Of a DNA stretch of 64,000 nt, positions 48,740 through 63,060 are shown piece after piece (position 1 is the first letter of the stretch; each line of letters starts with the position of its first letter). The stretch is from positions 2,868,283 to 2,932,282 of the forward strand of contig MU053561.1 of assembly GCA_013239625.1 (NCBI GenBank), given 5' to 3'. The position numbers were made by a program, and so were the translations under genes. Below the pieces are notes generated by a model. That model saw nothing but the letters and a program-made list of their open reading frames with translations, made no database searches and had not been told where the DNA came from. The DNA comes from Lama guanicoe (Eukaryota).

Positions 48740-51700
48740 GGCCAGGGAACCCTCCCTGCTTTGTTGGGCCCCCTGCAAATGTTCAGGACCCAAATCCTGA
48801 AATCTCTGTTCATGTAGGTTTCTCCAGGGCCTTGGATGGTGCGCCCACCCTGTTCTCTGTAGAGATTTAGAAACAGCCCTGTGCGGGGCGTCTGGTCCTT
48901 GGCCCCGGGTAAGTCAGCAGCAGCCCACGTGTTAATGCCTGAACTTCTACTTTCTTGAAATTCCTCCAACCATCTGTCATTCAGGTGCCTACTTTGTACC
49001 CTAGAAGGATGATTTTCATCCGGGCTTGCGTTATCTGTTAATGCTGCACAGAGGCATCTGGTTGGAAGAAGCAGAAGAGATGCATTAGAGGGCTTGGAAG
49101 GGATCAACGTGGAATTGAAAGTTTAATAACTCAGAAAGTAAGGAGTTTTAGGAAATGACTAAACAGCTTAAAAAAAAAAAAGGGAGATGAGGTCAAACCT
49201 GTTCAACCAGGCCCTTGAGCAGTACATAGCTCAGATAGAGGGCCACTGATCAGCCACGGGACCTGCCACGCACCTGCCCGGCCACCTGGCCCCACTGGCC
49301 CAGCTCATTTTGGCATCAGTTTCTCTCTCAACCCCTTCTCTACATCCCCCCACCACAGACCCCTCCTTGGGGCCTCCCCCACTTAGATAACCTCTGACTC
49401 ATCTGCACTAAAATGTTTACCCCTCTTGACTCCTTTTTTTGGAGGGGGTGATGAGGGGGTAGGGTGTCTGAGAAATGACTTAGAACAGTTTGTCCTCATT
49501 ACAAGAGTAATCATGCAGAGCTCAGAATGCTTAGAAGCACAAAGCGCAAAGAAAACAGTCACTCGTTACCCTACCTCCTTTTTGGTTTTTTCCTGTATGT
49601 TAGCCTTCCCCAGTACTCTCCCCACACACATGTGTGGGTGTGTGGGGGTGTTTTTCTTTGCAGAAATACCCTTTGAGAGCCTTTTTCCTTTAACTTAGTA
49701 ATGAGCTGACAACAATGTTGGTGTTCACCAGTGTTTTCCTCCGTGATTTTTAATGGCTGAATAATACTTCACCGCATGGGGAAGTGCTGTAATTTACCTA
49801 ACGGCGTCTCTCAGCGGACCTCTCCCTGCTTCTGGGAACTCCCTGGTGCTGTGTCGCTCATTCTCTGACCTCCCTCCAGAAGGCTCCTGCGCTCTGCCCC
49901 CACAGCCCTCCACGTCTCCGGTGCTGTGTTTGGAACTCCTCCCCAGTTCTCTTCTCAGGGCTGCTGCAGAGCTGATCTCCACTTCCACGGTTCCGTCTGA
50001 TGCACCTGTGCCCCCAGTAAGAACAAGCAGGGGCCATTGCTCACCACCTGTTCGCAGTCATGCTCAAAGCATGTTCCTTGAACTGGGAAAAATATGCAGC
50101 CCCAGGTCTGTCCGTGGAGGAGGGCAAAGAGCAAGAGACCAAACCACCAATAAGGAAAGTCAAAGCCATGGGTTGTTGCGCTGAGCCACAGGTGCCTGGG
50201 AAAATCCCCTGAAGCTGTGTCAGTGCACTTGACTATTAAGTTTTACTTGAGTGTAGCTGTTGGTACTTTATTAGTGTGCTAGACCCATTTCAGGCTGCCT
50301 GACTACCCACACTCAAAGCAAAGGGTGGCCCCCTCCCCATGCGGTCCCAGCTGCCCTAGTGATGGAGTACACATGCCCATCTGGTCGAGTCTGGCTGGAC
50401 CTGGGTGGGATGAAGTGTGCATCATAAATAGCCCCCAAATCTACAGCTTGGGAGGCCTGATTAAACAAAGGGTTGCTCAGCTGCTGAGATTGCTGTCTGG
50501 GGCCTTTGCACTGAGATGCAGAGTAGGGAGCTGCAGAGCAGTGCAGTGTTAACAGTAGGCACCTGGGAGCTGTGTTTTTGGAGCACAGAAACTGCAGCCA
50601 CATACAGGAAGCGCATCCCTGAAGAGTGGAGCGGAGCTGTCCTGAGGAGCTGGCCTGGGTCAGCCAAGTTCTCTAGTTCTGGGCCTCCCGGGTTGCTCTG
50701 AACTTCAACTCTGCATGGTACCCTCTTCTCCACCCCCCCCGCCCCCTCCCGACACTTGAGCTGATTGAATGGGCTCAGTTTCTTGTAATTATCTGGCCAG
50801 GATCCAACAGGGTGGCCCGAATGTGTTGGGGTTGGTTGTGGTCAAGAGAGATGGTGAGCTCTGCTGCCAACCCAGCTGCTGCCCCTACTGTCCCGCCCAG
50901 CCAGCCCCAGCGCCCAGAGCCACCTGCCTTGTTCCACAGGAAGCTGGCTGGAAGCCTCCGGAACCAAATGCGCTAGCATTCTCAGGGCTTTTCCTAACCG
51001 TGGGGAAGTGGACCCTTGGAGCCAGTGCCCTGCCAGACTCATCGACTCACCCACTCATCAGTCAGTAGTGTTTCCTGAAGTCTCTCATAAGCCAAGCACT
51101 GAGCTCCGCCCAGGGCCGCACTGATAGTGACACAGTTGCTCATTGTCTGGTGACTCCAGCCCCGAGAGTCACCTCAGGGCCCCCGGGAGGCCAGGGGATG
51201 TGGAGGAGGAGTAGGATCTGGGCCGGAGCCTTGGGCAGAGCTGAGAAGAGGAACTTAAGTGTTTTGCAAAGAGGGCTTATGGGGGCCAAGCTGGAGGGGC
51301 TGCACCTGGAGTAGGAAACTGCTCTGAGGAACCCCTGAAGACCACCCACCCGTTCACACCGAAAAGCACGGCAGCCCCTGCTTTCCAGCCCTGGCTCTCC
51401 ACGGCCTGGCCGGGGGAGATGGAAGGGAGGATGTGTGTCGAGGAACGGGGCAGACTGCGCTCGCGTGAGCTCCCTGCAGCTGCAGCCACCCCCTCACATC
51501 GGGTCTTGTTCCTGATGCTGCCCGAAGAAGCCCTTCTGGACTTTTTAGGAAGGACCTGGGCTCTGCAGTCCTCTTCCTGATGGAACCCGCAAGCTGCCAG
51601 GGGAAAGAGCAGGCTGCCAAGTGTGAAGGCAGCCGAGGAGGAGTCGTGCTGCCTCGGGTGCCGGGAGGGTGGGGCAGACAGTAAAGAGACTGCTGTGAAG

Positions 51701-53884
51701 CCCAGCAGACACCTCGATCAGAGTCAGGATCTGGAGAAACTGAGACATTCCAGGTCCAGAAATCCAGCCTCAAATAGCAACAGTGGCAACAGTCCTGAGA
51801 TGTATGCTTGTGAGAAGGACGCAGGCATTTGCCGGTTCTGAGTGATGGTCCTTTTACTGGAACGCACTCTAAGCTTGTGCTTCCTAGGCCGCTGGACTTG
51901 ACGGGTGCTGTGCCTGAGGTTCTTGTTAAAAAGAATCAGCCTGACACTCAGCCCATTTCTGTTATCTTTGAGACCGGATGGAAGGAAACAGTGGTCAGTA
52001 GATCTAGGGTAATTACAGGGAGAGCATTTACAGGCAAGTAATATGATTCCACCTTTTAATTTTTTTCCCCTCCGGAAAATAGAAGGCAGATACTGGTACT
52101 TTTATTCAATTATAACCATTTTCCATCGGCTTTGCTGCCTTGAATCCTGGTGGAGCTGGGAGAAGGGTCTATTTCTTAGCCATGGGTGGTTGGGTTAGGG
52201 CTGGGGGCTCCCCCTTGGCTGCCTGTCCTTTGAGATGTTGCTTCTGTGTCATCCTTTGATTGGGGTGAAGGGGATGCAGATGAGGAGTATTATGGGGTGG
52301 GTAGGACTTAGAACCATTATCCCTGCCTTTTCAGGGAAAGGAGCAGAGGTTAGTGGCAAGAGTTGAGTGATAGGACAGGAGGGGCTGAGACAGAAGAGCA
52401 GGGAAGTGTGGGCTTTTGGGCTGGTCCTCCTGCCAAGCATGTCGTGGGATGAAAGAGCCGGGAACATCCTGGAAGCGCTCAGGTGTTCTCCGTGGTTAAA
52501 TAGTCAAGGAGAGAGATGCTGGAGGACTATAAAGCGTATTGGTTATAGCAAAACCAAAATAAACAAACACCCCTCCCAAAAGCACTAAATACCCACCAGT
52601 ATGGGAATAAATAAAACGTGGAATCCTGTGATGGAATATTATCCAGCTGTGTAAAAGGAAAGACCCAGCATTATATTCAGTCTCAACAATGTTGAGGAGG
52701 AAAACCAAGGAACATTTCTGCATGGGATGATGATGTTTATGTAAAAAAGTACTGAACAATACTGTATATTTTCAATGGTTTTATATATATGTGTGTATGT
52801 ATGTATAGAAGTATTTTTTTAAAAGTTGGGAGTGATCCATCCTTAAGTCATAGCAGTGCCACTCTCTGGGGAAATGAGGGGAGAGCAGGAGCAGAGCTGG
52901 TAGTTGGAAAATTAAAGGCTTGTAATATTCTAATTAAAAAATTGAAAACTTTTGTTTAAATCAAGTAAACTTTAGAATGTGGAAAAAACTTTTGAAGTCA
53001 TAGTTTAGCAGTCCTCAAAGGCGGCAGCTTCAGCCCTGAGTGATGAGTGAATTAGACAACAGCTCGGAAGCAGGGGCCCAGCCTCGTGACTCAGCGGTGC
53101 AGATGTCACAGAGATCCGTTTGGGATGAAGTGATTCATTGGGTTTGCAGCCCTCTTCACTGGCTCCGGAGCTGGTAGTCACACCGTAGAAGCAGCATCCA
53201 TAATTGAACATTTATTCATCACTGTCTTTAGAACATCTCTTTTCAGTACCATTGGGGATTTAGACTTGAAAAAGAATGAAGGAATAAATGAGTGATATTT
53301 TTGCCCCTGAACTTAAAACCAGGTCAGGCCCTCATCTGGTCTCACCTGACTGTTAATTTGGTCTCTTTGCTTCCAGTCTTGCCCTCTGCTCTGTCCTCCA
53401 CCTGCCACTCGAGTGATGATTCAGAAACACAAATCTGATCTCCTGCCTGCCTGTGCTCGCCTCTCCTCAGCTTACGCCATCCCCGGGGAGGAGTTTGACT
53501 TTATTTGTGTGCCTGTCAGTGCCCTTTCCTGCCTGGTACTGATGTGCCCTCCGGTCACGTGGCAAACGAGATCTTGGCAAACATCTTGCTAACCCCAGAC
53601 GTATTTTCACCTGGTGTTGCACTTGCATCCTTCCAGACTCAGTTCAGATGTCGCCCCTTCCGTGAAGCCTTCGTGGACTTGCCTTCTCCTTTTGAGAGGT
53701 CTTCGCCTTGTCCTTTGCCCCTCACAGCCAGCACATCCTGATGTTTAGTTAGTTGTGTGTATTTCTTTTGGGATTGCCAGCTTAGGATAAAACTACGTTG
53801 TACTCATCTCTCCGTCATGGTTTCTGTGCTGGCCCCCTTCGTATGATAGATGTTCCAAAAATGTTGGTTGAAAGTGTAGTTCAC

Positions 53885-54410
53885 GTTACAGTTATCTTTG
53901 CTGTGTAACAAGTTATCCCAGAACTGAGTGGCTTAAACAACCATTTTATTATGTTCACAGAATCTGTGAGTCAGAAATGCGGGCAGGCCCAGCAGGGGCG
54001 GCTCCTCTCTGCTCTACAATGTCTGGGGCCTCAGCTGGGAAGATTCCAAGGCCGGGAGGCGGCTCACAGCTCTGGCCCGGAATGGTGAAGTCTGGTTCGC
54101 CTACTCTGCTGGTCGGTGGTGCCGGCTACTGCTTGTGAGCTCTGCTGTGGCTCTAGACCGGAGCACCCTACCGGTGGCCTCCTTGGGGGCCTTGGGCTCC
54201 CTCCCAGCATGGCAGCCTCAGGACAGTCCAGCCCCTTCCACGGTGGCATCAGGTAGCACAGTGGAAGCGCCATTGCTTTTTATGACCTGGCCTTGAAAGT
54301 CACAGTGTCACAAGTCTGCCCAGATGAAAAGGAAAGGGGGTAAACTCCATCTCTCGTTCACATTGCAAAAGAGCGTGTGGGACGGGAGATACTGTCACCA
54401 CCATGTTTGG
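53885..54410 (-). mobile_element. MaLR (MLT1-like) LTR
   Basis: AGTTATCTTTGCTGTGTAACAAGTTATCCCAGAACTGAGTGGCTTAAACAAC; TTTTATGACCTGGCCTTGAAAGTCACA. Confidence 0.65.
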
Positions 54411-56554
54411 TCGTGGTTGGCGTGTGGGAGAGCTCAGCTCCACGCTGGGGCTGCTGTCACTTACTAGTTGCTGGCTGAATGCGTTTTGAGCACTTAAGAC
54501 GGGCCACATACTAAGGATTTTAAATGTAGTAACTCATTTAATCCTTCAGCAACCCTGTGAAGAGTGTATCACTTCCAGATGAGGGTGCTGAGGTGCAGAG
54601 AGGTTAAGTAACCAGCAAGGTCTCACAGCTCCTGCCTGTGCTGTGAGAGGTCGGAGAGAGAGAAGATTCCAGAATTAACTCCACCCTTCAGGTCTGCTGC
54701 TGCATTGTGCCTCTGCACATATCATGGGGGTGTTGACGGCTGTTTCAAGGGATGTTCTTGATGGAAGTAAGGACCCAGATATAAAGCCTGTGGTCTGGGG
54801 AAGCTGAGTCACGAGCCGCCCTGGCTCTGTGGCTCCCCGGTGGGCAGGGACCTTGGTCACGCTGCCCTTGGAGGGTGGTGGCATTGACCTAACAGGGCCT
54901 TCCTTGTTACCTGCTGGTGTTTCCAGCCTGACTTTGTTGACATCCCTCCCCCACCTTTCACTCCTTGCCTCGGGTCCTGCATCTGTAAAGTGAAGTCGCT
55001 AAGAGTATCTACCACATAGGTTTGCTGTGAGCGTTAAAATTAGTTAATACACGTAACTCCCCCTTGTTGGTGAGGCTCCCGCTCTGTGTCTGTCTGTCCT
55101 CTGGTCCAGAACGGGATCAAAGGAGGTTCTTTTCAGCTCATGGCCCTTCTTTTTCCTCCCTTGGCATCCGCAGCCGTGTCACTGGCGTGGCCTTCCGTTC
55201 TTTTGAAGCTCTGGGTTGGCCTGGTCTCCACCACGTGGCCGGTCTGTTTGGCATTTTGAACATGAGGCCATGCAGATTCCCCATCAGAGTCTTCAGAACC
55301 AAGTTGGCAGGAAAACACAGTGGGTGGTTTGTCATCACTAATCACTGATATTCACCGAGCACATTCAGTGGGAGCCACAGACTAAGAAAGCTGTTAGTCA
55401 TGTTCTTTGTCCTGGAGAAAGTGCCTTAACCTGGAGGACCATTTCCTCATCTGGTAAGCGTGGCTGTAGTGAAATCAACCTCACCTAGCTGATGTGAGGA
55501 TTAAATGAGATGATGTATGCAGAGCAGTTAGGGAAGTGCCTGACACACTAAAGTGATAATCATTGTAGCCATTTATCTTCATTTTATAACAACACATACT
55601 TGCTTATTTTTAAAAATGGTAAAGTAGGGGAAAGGAAAAGGCAGAGGTGGGGGAATCATTCATACTCTCACCACACAAAGATTCAGTCCAATGTCATTAA
55701 ATGTTTTGTTTGGTCATTTTTCTAGGTAGAGTGTTTTTTTTTAACATAAATTTTTACATATGCGGTTTTACATTTTTAACTGAAATTTGAACATTAATTT
55801 TTTTTTAACGCTTTTGTACTTTCAAAGATTTTTTTCCTGTTTTGGGATTATCATCTCACGTTGGTGGAAATAAGATGGAATTTTAAAATATTCTTTCGAT
55901 GACTTTCACAGTATTATTTGATCTCTAGGATTTCCTCTGAGATTGATACACGGTACATTATTCCCATGTTACAGATAAAGGGATATACTAGTGTGGCCAA
56001 GTCACGTGCAGAATGTGTGACAGCTGAGTGAGTGCTGAGGATTGCAGACACCACAGCTGGGACAGGGAATGTGGAGTGGTGAGCTCAATCCTTCTGCCAC
56101 TTGGACATGCTCAGTTATGCACGGTGGACTTAGAGGCTGGTTCCTGTCTTTAGAGATGTGGGTCCCTGAGCCGAGGCATGTTCCAGAAATGCATGAGAAG
56201 CTGGCTTTCCCAGGTGCAGTGACTCCTCCCTGCTCACTGACTCCTGAATCATACTGCCCCTGGCGAGGTTCATTCTCGGACTCAGCACAAAGGAAAAAGT
56301 GGGAGCAAACTTGGACAAGCAGTATCTTGAAAAAACTAGTTAAGTGATACGCGTTTATGTGACTAGAGACTATCAAAACTAATCCAAAAGGACATGGCCT
56401 TTCCCACAGACCATTTATTTTCTAAAACAGTGATTCGTAATCTTTTTTTCTAGGTCTTCAATCTCTTGGAGAATCTTTTGAAGTTTATGAAGCCTTTTTC
56501 TAGAACACACAAGTTCATGTAATACTATTTTTCATTCAATCTTAGGACCCACAG

Positions 56555-57175
56555 GTGTCAGTAATGGTCGTATATTGGTACAAAACAGATTACCCCAAAA
56601 CTTAAGACTTTAAAGAAGAGAAAATCCTTCTCAATTTTATTGTAAGTGTAGAACTGCTCTAAAAAAAATTGTCCTAAAATAGAAATCTTGTTTGGAGAAA
56701 CTGTTCTACTAAACCAGTAATTACTGCAATTGTGAATAAAATTTTTAAAGCAAAACAAAACAAAACAAAAACCCCCAAACCAAAAAACGATACACAGAAA
56801 CAACAGTAAACATTTATTATCTCAGTTTCTATGGATCAGGAATCCAGGGGGATATTAATTGGGTAGCTCTGACTCTGGGGCTCCCAGGGGGGTGTCACCT
56901 GGGGCTACAGTCATCCGGAGGCTGGACTGGGGCTGGAGGAAGTGGTTCCATGCTGGCTGTCAGCATAAGGCCTCATGTGGACCTGGCATAGGGCTGCTCT
57001 GATGTCCTCATGACGTGGTATGTGACTTTCCTCCGATACCATGCTCATAAACCATGATCCCAGAGAGCAGGGCAGAGACCCCAGTGTCTTTTTATGACCT
57101 GGCTTCAGAAGTCAAAGTTCAGCATTATGTTTGCATTTCCTATTGGTCACATAGGTCAGCTCTATTCAGTACAAA
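56555..57175 (-). mobile_element. MaLR (MLT1-like) LTR with an AT-rich interruption
   Basis: TTACCCCAAAACTTA...ATTTATTATCTCAGTTTCTATGGATCAGGAAT; TTTTATGACCTGGCTTCAGAAGTCA. Confidence 0.55.
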
Positions 57176-57189
57176 AGGCAAGGCATGGG

Positions 57190-57592
57190 GGAGTGGCTTC
57201 CCAGCCCTCTCCAGCTATGCCACCCTCCCAGCACATTGACCTGAAAGTTCTCCTAATCCTGTCACTTAGTTTTTTTTAATATAGGGATTGCGTCATGTAG
57301 GCATGATTGATTAAATTGTTGGCCATTGGTGATTACCATAACCTCCAACCCCTTTCTCCTCCCTGAATTTCAGGGATTGGGGCTGAAAATTCCAACCCTC
57401 TAAGCATGGCATTCCCTGCCTGGACACTGTCTAACCTAGAGTTACCTCATTAGCATAAACTTCTGTCTGGTTTAACGGGCTCCTTATGAATGACAGAAGA
57501 CCCTCTGTCACTCATGAAATTCCAAAGGTTTTAGGAGCTCTGGGCCAGGAACCAGGGATAAAGATCAAATACATAGTTTTTATTATGGCACA
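57190..57592. mobile_element. MER21-like LTR fragment
   Basis: GGCATGATTGATTAAAT...GGCCATTGGTGATT...GGGCTGAAAATTCCAACCCTCTAA...CCTCATTAGCATAAAC...GAAATTCCAAAGGTTTTAGGAGCTC. Confidence 0.65.
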
Positions 57593-57779
57593 TTAGTCAA
57601 CACAGAAGAAATTTTGTATAGCAAGTCATGCATTCTTTTAAATTTTTGGTTAAATTTTTTTCCTAATTATGCTCTTTGCCAGAGAACTGGGGGAAGGAGT
57701 AAGGATAAAACAGAAAATGAAAATCACTTGTCATTCCATCACCCAGCATGTTCTTTCTAGTTCTTTTCTTTCTTTCTTT

Positions 57780-59398
57780 CTTTTTTTTTTTAAGGTTTTC
57801 TTTCCTTTAAAAAGAATTGTTTTTACAGAGATATAATTGACATATAACATTATATTAGTTCCAAGTGTACAACATAATGATCTGATATATGTATATATTG
57901 TGAAATTGTCACAGGACCAAACTCAGGTCTGCTCCCCTGACGTGCGCAGCAGAGCCCGGCAGATGCTGGGCTGTGGTGAAGAAAAGCACAACATTAGTTG
58001 CAGGCGCCATGGAAGGCAGTTAGTGCTCCGAAGACCTGAGCCCCCTGATGGCTTTCAGCGAAGGGTTTTTAAAGACAACACTGCTGGGGAGGGTTGCAGG
58101 TTGTGGTCAGTTCGTGGACTTTCTTCTGATTGGTTGGCAGTGAGGTAACAGGATGATGTCTTGGGAATCTTAGTCATCAACCTTCTGATTCCAGCCAGTC
58201 TGGGGACTGCTGCTCGTGGTCAGCGTGCAGACACTGTCTTCCACCTGGATGGAGTTCCTAGTTCCTGCAGAACAACTCAAGAGATATGCATCAGATTGTT
58301 TTGTATACCCTTTGAGGAGAAAGTAGGAATCCGGTGGCTCTGTTTTATCTCTGAGCTATTGTTTAAGTTATCATTACTTCTCTTGCTTGACTGCGTTTCC
58401 TTTGTTTCTGCATTTTCTTGCTTCTCTAATCAATAACTGACTAAGTCTGCACTTTGGAACTTGGGGAAGGGCCAGGAGGGTAAAGCCTTTTCTCTACAGT
58501 CAAGAAACGGGGAACACAGAGGGGCTTTTTGTACCCAGCAAGGCCCCACAGGGTCCTGCTTGGTTTCAAGATGATCACCACAAGAAGCCTAGTTAATATC
58601 CATCACCACGCAGAGTTACAATTTCTTTTTCTTGTGATGAGAACTTTTAAGATTTATTCTCCTAGCAACTTTCAGATACATAATACAGTATTATTAACTG
58701 TAGTCACTGTGCTGTACATTATATCCCCAGGACTTGTTTGTTTTATAATTGGAATTTTGTACCTTTTGTCCACTTTCACCAATTTCCCACCTCCTCACCC
58801 CTTGCCTAATGCCCCCAAGGTCTACCCATGTTGTTGCAAATGGTAGAGTTTCCTCCTTTTATGGTTGAGTAATATTCCATTGTATATATACACACACCAC
58901 ATTTTCTTTATTCATTCATCAATTGATAGACACTTAGGTTGCTTCCATATCTTGGCTACTCTGGATGATGCTGCAGTAAACATGGAGGTGCAAATATGTT
59001 TCTGAGTTACTGTTTTTTGGATAGATACCCAGAAGTGGAATTTCTGGATCATATGGTAGTACTATTTTTAATTTTTTTAAGGAACCTCCACATTGTTTTC
59101 CATAGTGGCTGCAATGATTTGTATTCCCACCAACAGTGCACAAGTGTTCCCTTTTCTCTACATCCTCGCCAACACTTGTTATTTCTTGTCTTCTTGATAG
59201 TAGCCATTCTGTGAGGTGTGAATGATATCTCATTGTGATTTTGATTTTCATTTCCCTGTTGATTAGTGATGTTGAACATCTTTGCATGTGTCTGTTGGCC
59301 ATTTGTGTGTCTTCTTTGGAAAAATGTCAATTCAGATCCTCTGCCCATTTTTTAATCAGATTGTTTCTTTGCTATTGGGTGTATGAGTTCTTTATATA
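57780..59398 (-). mobile_element. L1 (L1MA-like) 3' fragment with ORF2 C-terminus, interrupted by solo LTR
   Basis: ORF 58934..59302(-) [26 protein letters not shown]...GEDVEKRE...[15 protein letters not shown] is the typical L1 ORF2 C-terminal region; the 3'UTR lies on both sides of the LTR. Confidence 0.85.
57907..58568 (-). mobile_element. ERV1-type solo LTR (copy C) inserted into an L1 3' UTR
   Basis: TGTCACAGG...GGCCCCACAGGGTCCTGCTTGGTTTCA, terminus identical to copy B; TSD AAAT/AGAT; the flanks rejoin to continuous L1 3'UTR (TATTGTGAAAT|GATCACCACA). Confidence 0.85.
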
Positions 59399-62300
59399 AG
59401 GACTTTGTTTTCTTTAGAGCAGTTCTCGGTTTACAGCAAGATTGAGAGGAAGATACAGAGATTTCCTGTGTACCCTTAGTCCACACACATGCGTGCTTCC
59501 CACATTATTAACATCACTCACCACAGTGGTACATTTTTTAACCAAGGGTGAACCTACACTGACACATCATAATCACCCAAAGTCTGTAGTTTATCTCAGG
59601 TTTCACTATTGGTGTTATACATTCAGTGTGTTTGGACAAATGTATAATGACATTTATCCACAATTATATCAGTGTATTTTCACTGTCCTAAAAATACTGC
59701 TTTGTGCTCTGCCTCTTCATATCTCTCACCTCCGCAGACACTGGTCTTTTTGTCTCCATAGATTTTCTTGTTCCAGAATATCATATACTTGGAATTACAC
59801 AGCGTGTAACATTATTTCATTGGCTTCTTTCACTTAATAATACGTAATTTCAAGTTCCTGTTTCTTTTCATGGGTTGATAGCCCATTTCTTTTTGGTGCT
59901 GAATAATATTCCATTGTCTGAGTGTAACACAGTTTGTTTATGCACTCACTTACTGAGGGACATCTTGTTTGCTTCCTAGTCTTGGCAGACATGAAGAGAG
60001 ATGATGTAAATATCCATGTGCAGGATTTTGTGTAGACAGAAGTTTTCAATTTCTTTGCATAAATGCCAAGGAGCACAATTGCTGAATTGAATGGTTAAAG
60101 TATGGTTAGTTTTACAAGATACCAATGAAACTGTCTTCCAGAGCATCAATACCATTTTGCATTTCCACCAGCATTGAATGAGTGTTCCTTTTGATCCACA
60201 TCCTCAGCAGCATTTGGTGGTGTTAGTGTTCCGGATTTTGGCCATTCCAATAGGTGTGTAGTAGTATCTCATTTTTGTTTTAATTTGCATTTCCTTGATG
60301 ACATATAATGTAGAGCCTCCTTTCACATGCTTAATTGCCATCTTATGTCTTCTTTAGCAAGGTGTCTCTTAAGGTCTTTGGCCCACTTTTTAATCAGGTT
60401 GGTTTTTTTCTTATTGTTTTAAGAGTTTATTTTATATTTGGCATAACAGTTCTTTATCAGATGTGTCTTTTGCAAATATTTTCTCCCAGTCTGTGTCTTG
60501 TTTCTAATTCTCTTGATACTGTCTTTCACAAAGCAGAAGTTTTAAATTTTAATGAAGGCCAGCTTATCAATTATTTCTTTCATGAATCATGCCTTTGGTG
60601 TTGGATTTGAAAAAGACATCACCATACCCAAGGTCATCTGGGTTTTCTCCTGTGTTATCTTCCAGGAGTTTTATAGTTTTGCATTTTACAGTTAGGTCTG
60701 TGATCTATTTTGAGTTCATTTTTGTGAATGGCGTAAGGTCTATGTCTAGATTCATTTTGTATGTGAATGTCTAGTTGTCTGAACACCATTTATTGAAGAG
60801 ACTATCTTTATTCCATTGTTTTTGCCTTTGCCCTATGTCAGAGATCAGGTTGACTATATTTAGAGTGCTAATGTAAATGGTGTTTTGCTTTTAATTTTAA
60901 ATTCCATTTGTTCTTTATTGGTATATAGAAAAGCAGTTGACTGTGGTATACCTGTAATCTGTATAACCTTGTATCCTGTAATCTTGATATAATTGCTTAT
61001 TAATTCCAGAGGTTTTGGTCAGTTCTTTCAGATTTGAACAAATACAGCTTTATGTCTTCTTTCCCAATATGTATACCTTTTAATTCTTTTTTCTTGCCTT
61101 ATGGAAAAGGAATGGTGAGAAGGGACATCTTTGCATTATTCCTGATCTTAGTGGGAAGCTTCTAGTTTCTCACCATTAAGTATAGGTTAGCTATAGGGTT
61201 TTTTTGTAGATAATCTTTAAGTTGAGAAAGTTCTCCTCTGGTCTTAGTTACCTGAGAGTTTTCATAATGAATGGATGTTGAATTTTGTCAAATGTCTTTT
61301 CTGCATCTGTTGATATGATCATGTGATTTTTCTTTTTTAGTTTGATAAACATGATGTATTACATTAATTGATTTTTGAATGTTGAACAAGTGTACCTGGG
61401 ATGAATCCCACTTGGTTATGGTACGTAATTCTTTTTATACTTTTTGGGTTTGATTTGCTAATATTTTGTTGAGGATTTTTGCATCTTTGTTTATGAGAAA
61501 TATGGTCTGCAGTTTTCTTGTAATGTCTTTGTTGGTTGTGGCATTAGTTAGGGCTATGCTGGCCTGTTTAATAGATTGAGTTAGGAGAGAATGGTCTCTG
61601 TTTCTATCCTATGAAAGAAATTGTAGAGAATTGATATAATTTCTTCCTTGAATGTGTGGTAGAATTCACCTGTGACTCCATCTGGGCTTGGTGCTTTCTG
61701 TTTTGGAAGGTTATTAATTATGGATTCAATGTCTTTAATAGGTGTAAACTTACTCAGATCATCTTTGCTTCCTGTGTGAGTTTTTGCAGACTGTGTATTT
61801 CAAGGAATTGGTTCATTTCATCTAGGTTATCAGATTTGTGGTCATAAGATTCCTTTATTATTCTTTTAATTTCCGTGGAATCTCAAAGCGATTTCCTCTC
61901 TTTCATTTTGTATATTAATAATTTCTGTCCTCTTTTTTTTTATTAGCCTGGCTAGGGGCTTATTTATTTTATTGATTTTTTTTCAAAAAACCAGCTTTTG
62001 CTTTCATTGATTTTTCTCTATTAATTTTCTTTTTTAATTTTATTGATTTCTGCTTTAATTGTTACTTCTTTTGGTTCCTTTGCATTTATCTTGCTCTTCT
62101 TTTCCTAGTTTCCTAAGGTGGAAACTCAGATTATTGACTTAAGAGTTTTCTTCTTTTCTAATTCAATGCTATAAATTTTCCTCTAATCACTCCCTGCATA
62201 TCACAGCTTTTGATAAGTTGTATTTTAATTTTCATCTAGTTTAAAATTTTTTAATGTCTCTTGAAAATTTTTTTGTGACCCATGTGTTACTTAGAAGTGT

Positions 62301-63060
62301 GTTGTTTAATCTGCACATATTTTGGGATTTCCTAGTATCTTTCTGTTACTGATTTCTACTTAAATTCCATTGTGGTCTACCAGCAGACATTGTAGGATTT
62401 CTATTTTTCAAATTTGTTAAGCAGTGTTTTATGGCCCAGAATGTGGTCTGTCTTGGTGAATGCTCCTTGTGAATTTGAGAAGAATGTTCACTGGATGAAG
62501 TAGTCTGTAGGTGTCTATTATAGACAGTTGATTGAAGGTGTTGTTGAATTCAACTATGATTTTCTGCTTACTGGATCTGTCCATTTCTGATTGAGCAGTG
62601 CTAAAGTCACCAACTATAACCTATTACCAGTTTTTGCCTCATGTAGTTTGATGATCTGTTATTATGTGTATACACAACAGGAACTGTTATGTCTTCTTGG
62701 AGAATTAACTCCTTTATTCATTATATAATGTCCTTCTTCATTCCTGATAATTTTCTTTACTTTACTCTGTCTAAAATTAATATAGCTATTCCAGCTTTCT
62801 TTTGATTAGTGTTAACATGGTATATTTTTCTCCATCCATTTCCTTTTAATCTGTATGTCTTTATGTTTAAAGTGAGTTTCTTGTAGACAAGATATAGTTG
62901 GGTCGTGTTTTTCATCCACCCTGACAATCTCTGTCTTTTAATTGATGCATTTAGACCATTGACATTCAAAGTGATTATTGATATAGTTTGGTTTAATATC
63001 TACCATATTCATTACTATTTTTTGTTGCCCTTGTTTTTTCTTCCTGTTTTTGTCTCCCAC
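59399..63060 (-). mobile_element. Older degenerate L1 (L1MC/MB-like), from endonuclease N-terminus to 3'UTR, with internal deletions
   Basis: ORF 62757..62969(-) NVNGLNASIKRQRL...GWRKIYHVNTNQKKAGIAILILD is the L1 ORF2 APE endonuclease start; 59834..60076(-) is ORF2 C-terminus-like; distinct 3'UTR at 59400-59830; many stops. Confidence 0.85.

Noticed and set aside
30795..58568. Full provirus bounded by LTR pairs
   Set aside because: Each LTR has its own TSD, orientations differ, and no PBS, gag, pol or env was seen between them.
58934..62969. Active L1 ORF2
   Set aside because: Only short fragments remain open; many stops and deletions; two different elements; no ORF1 or promoter.
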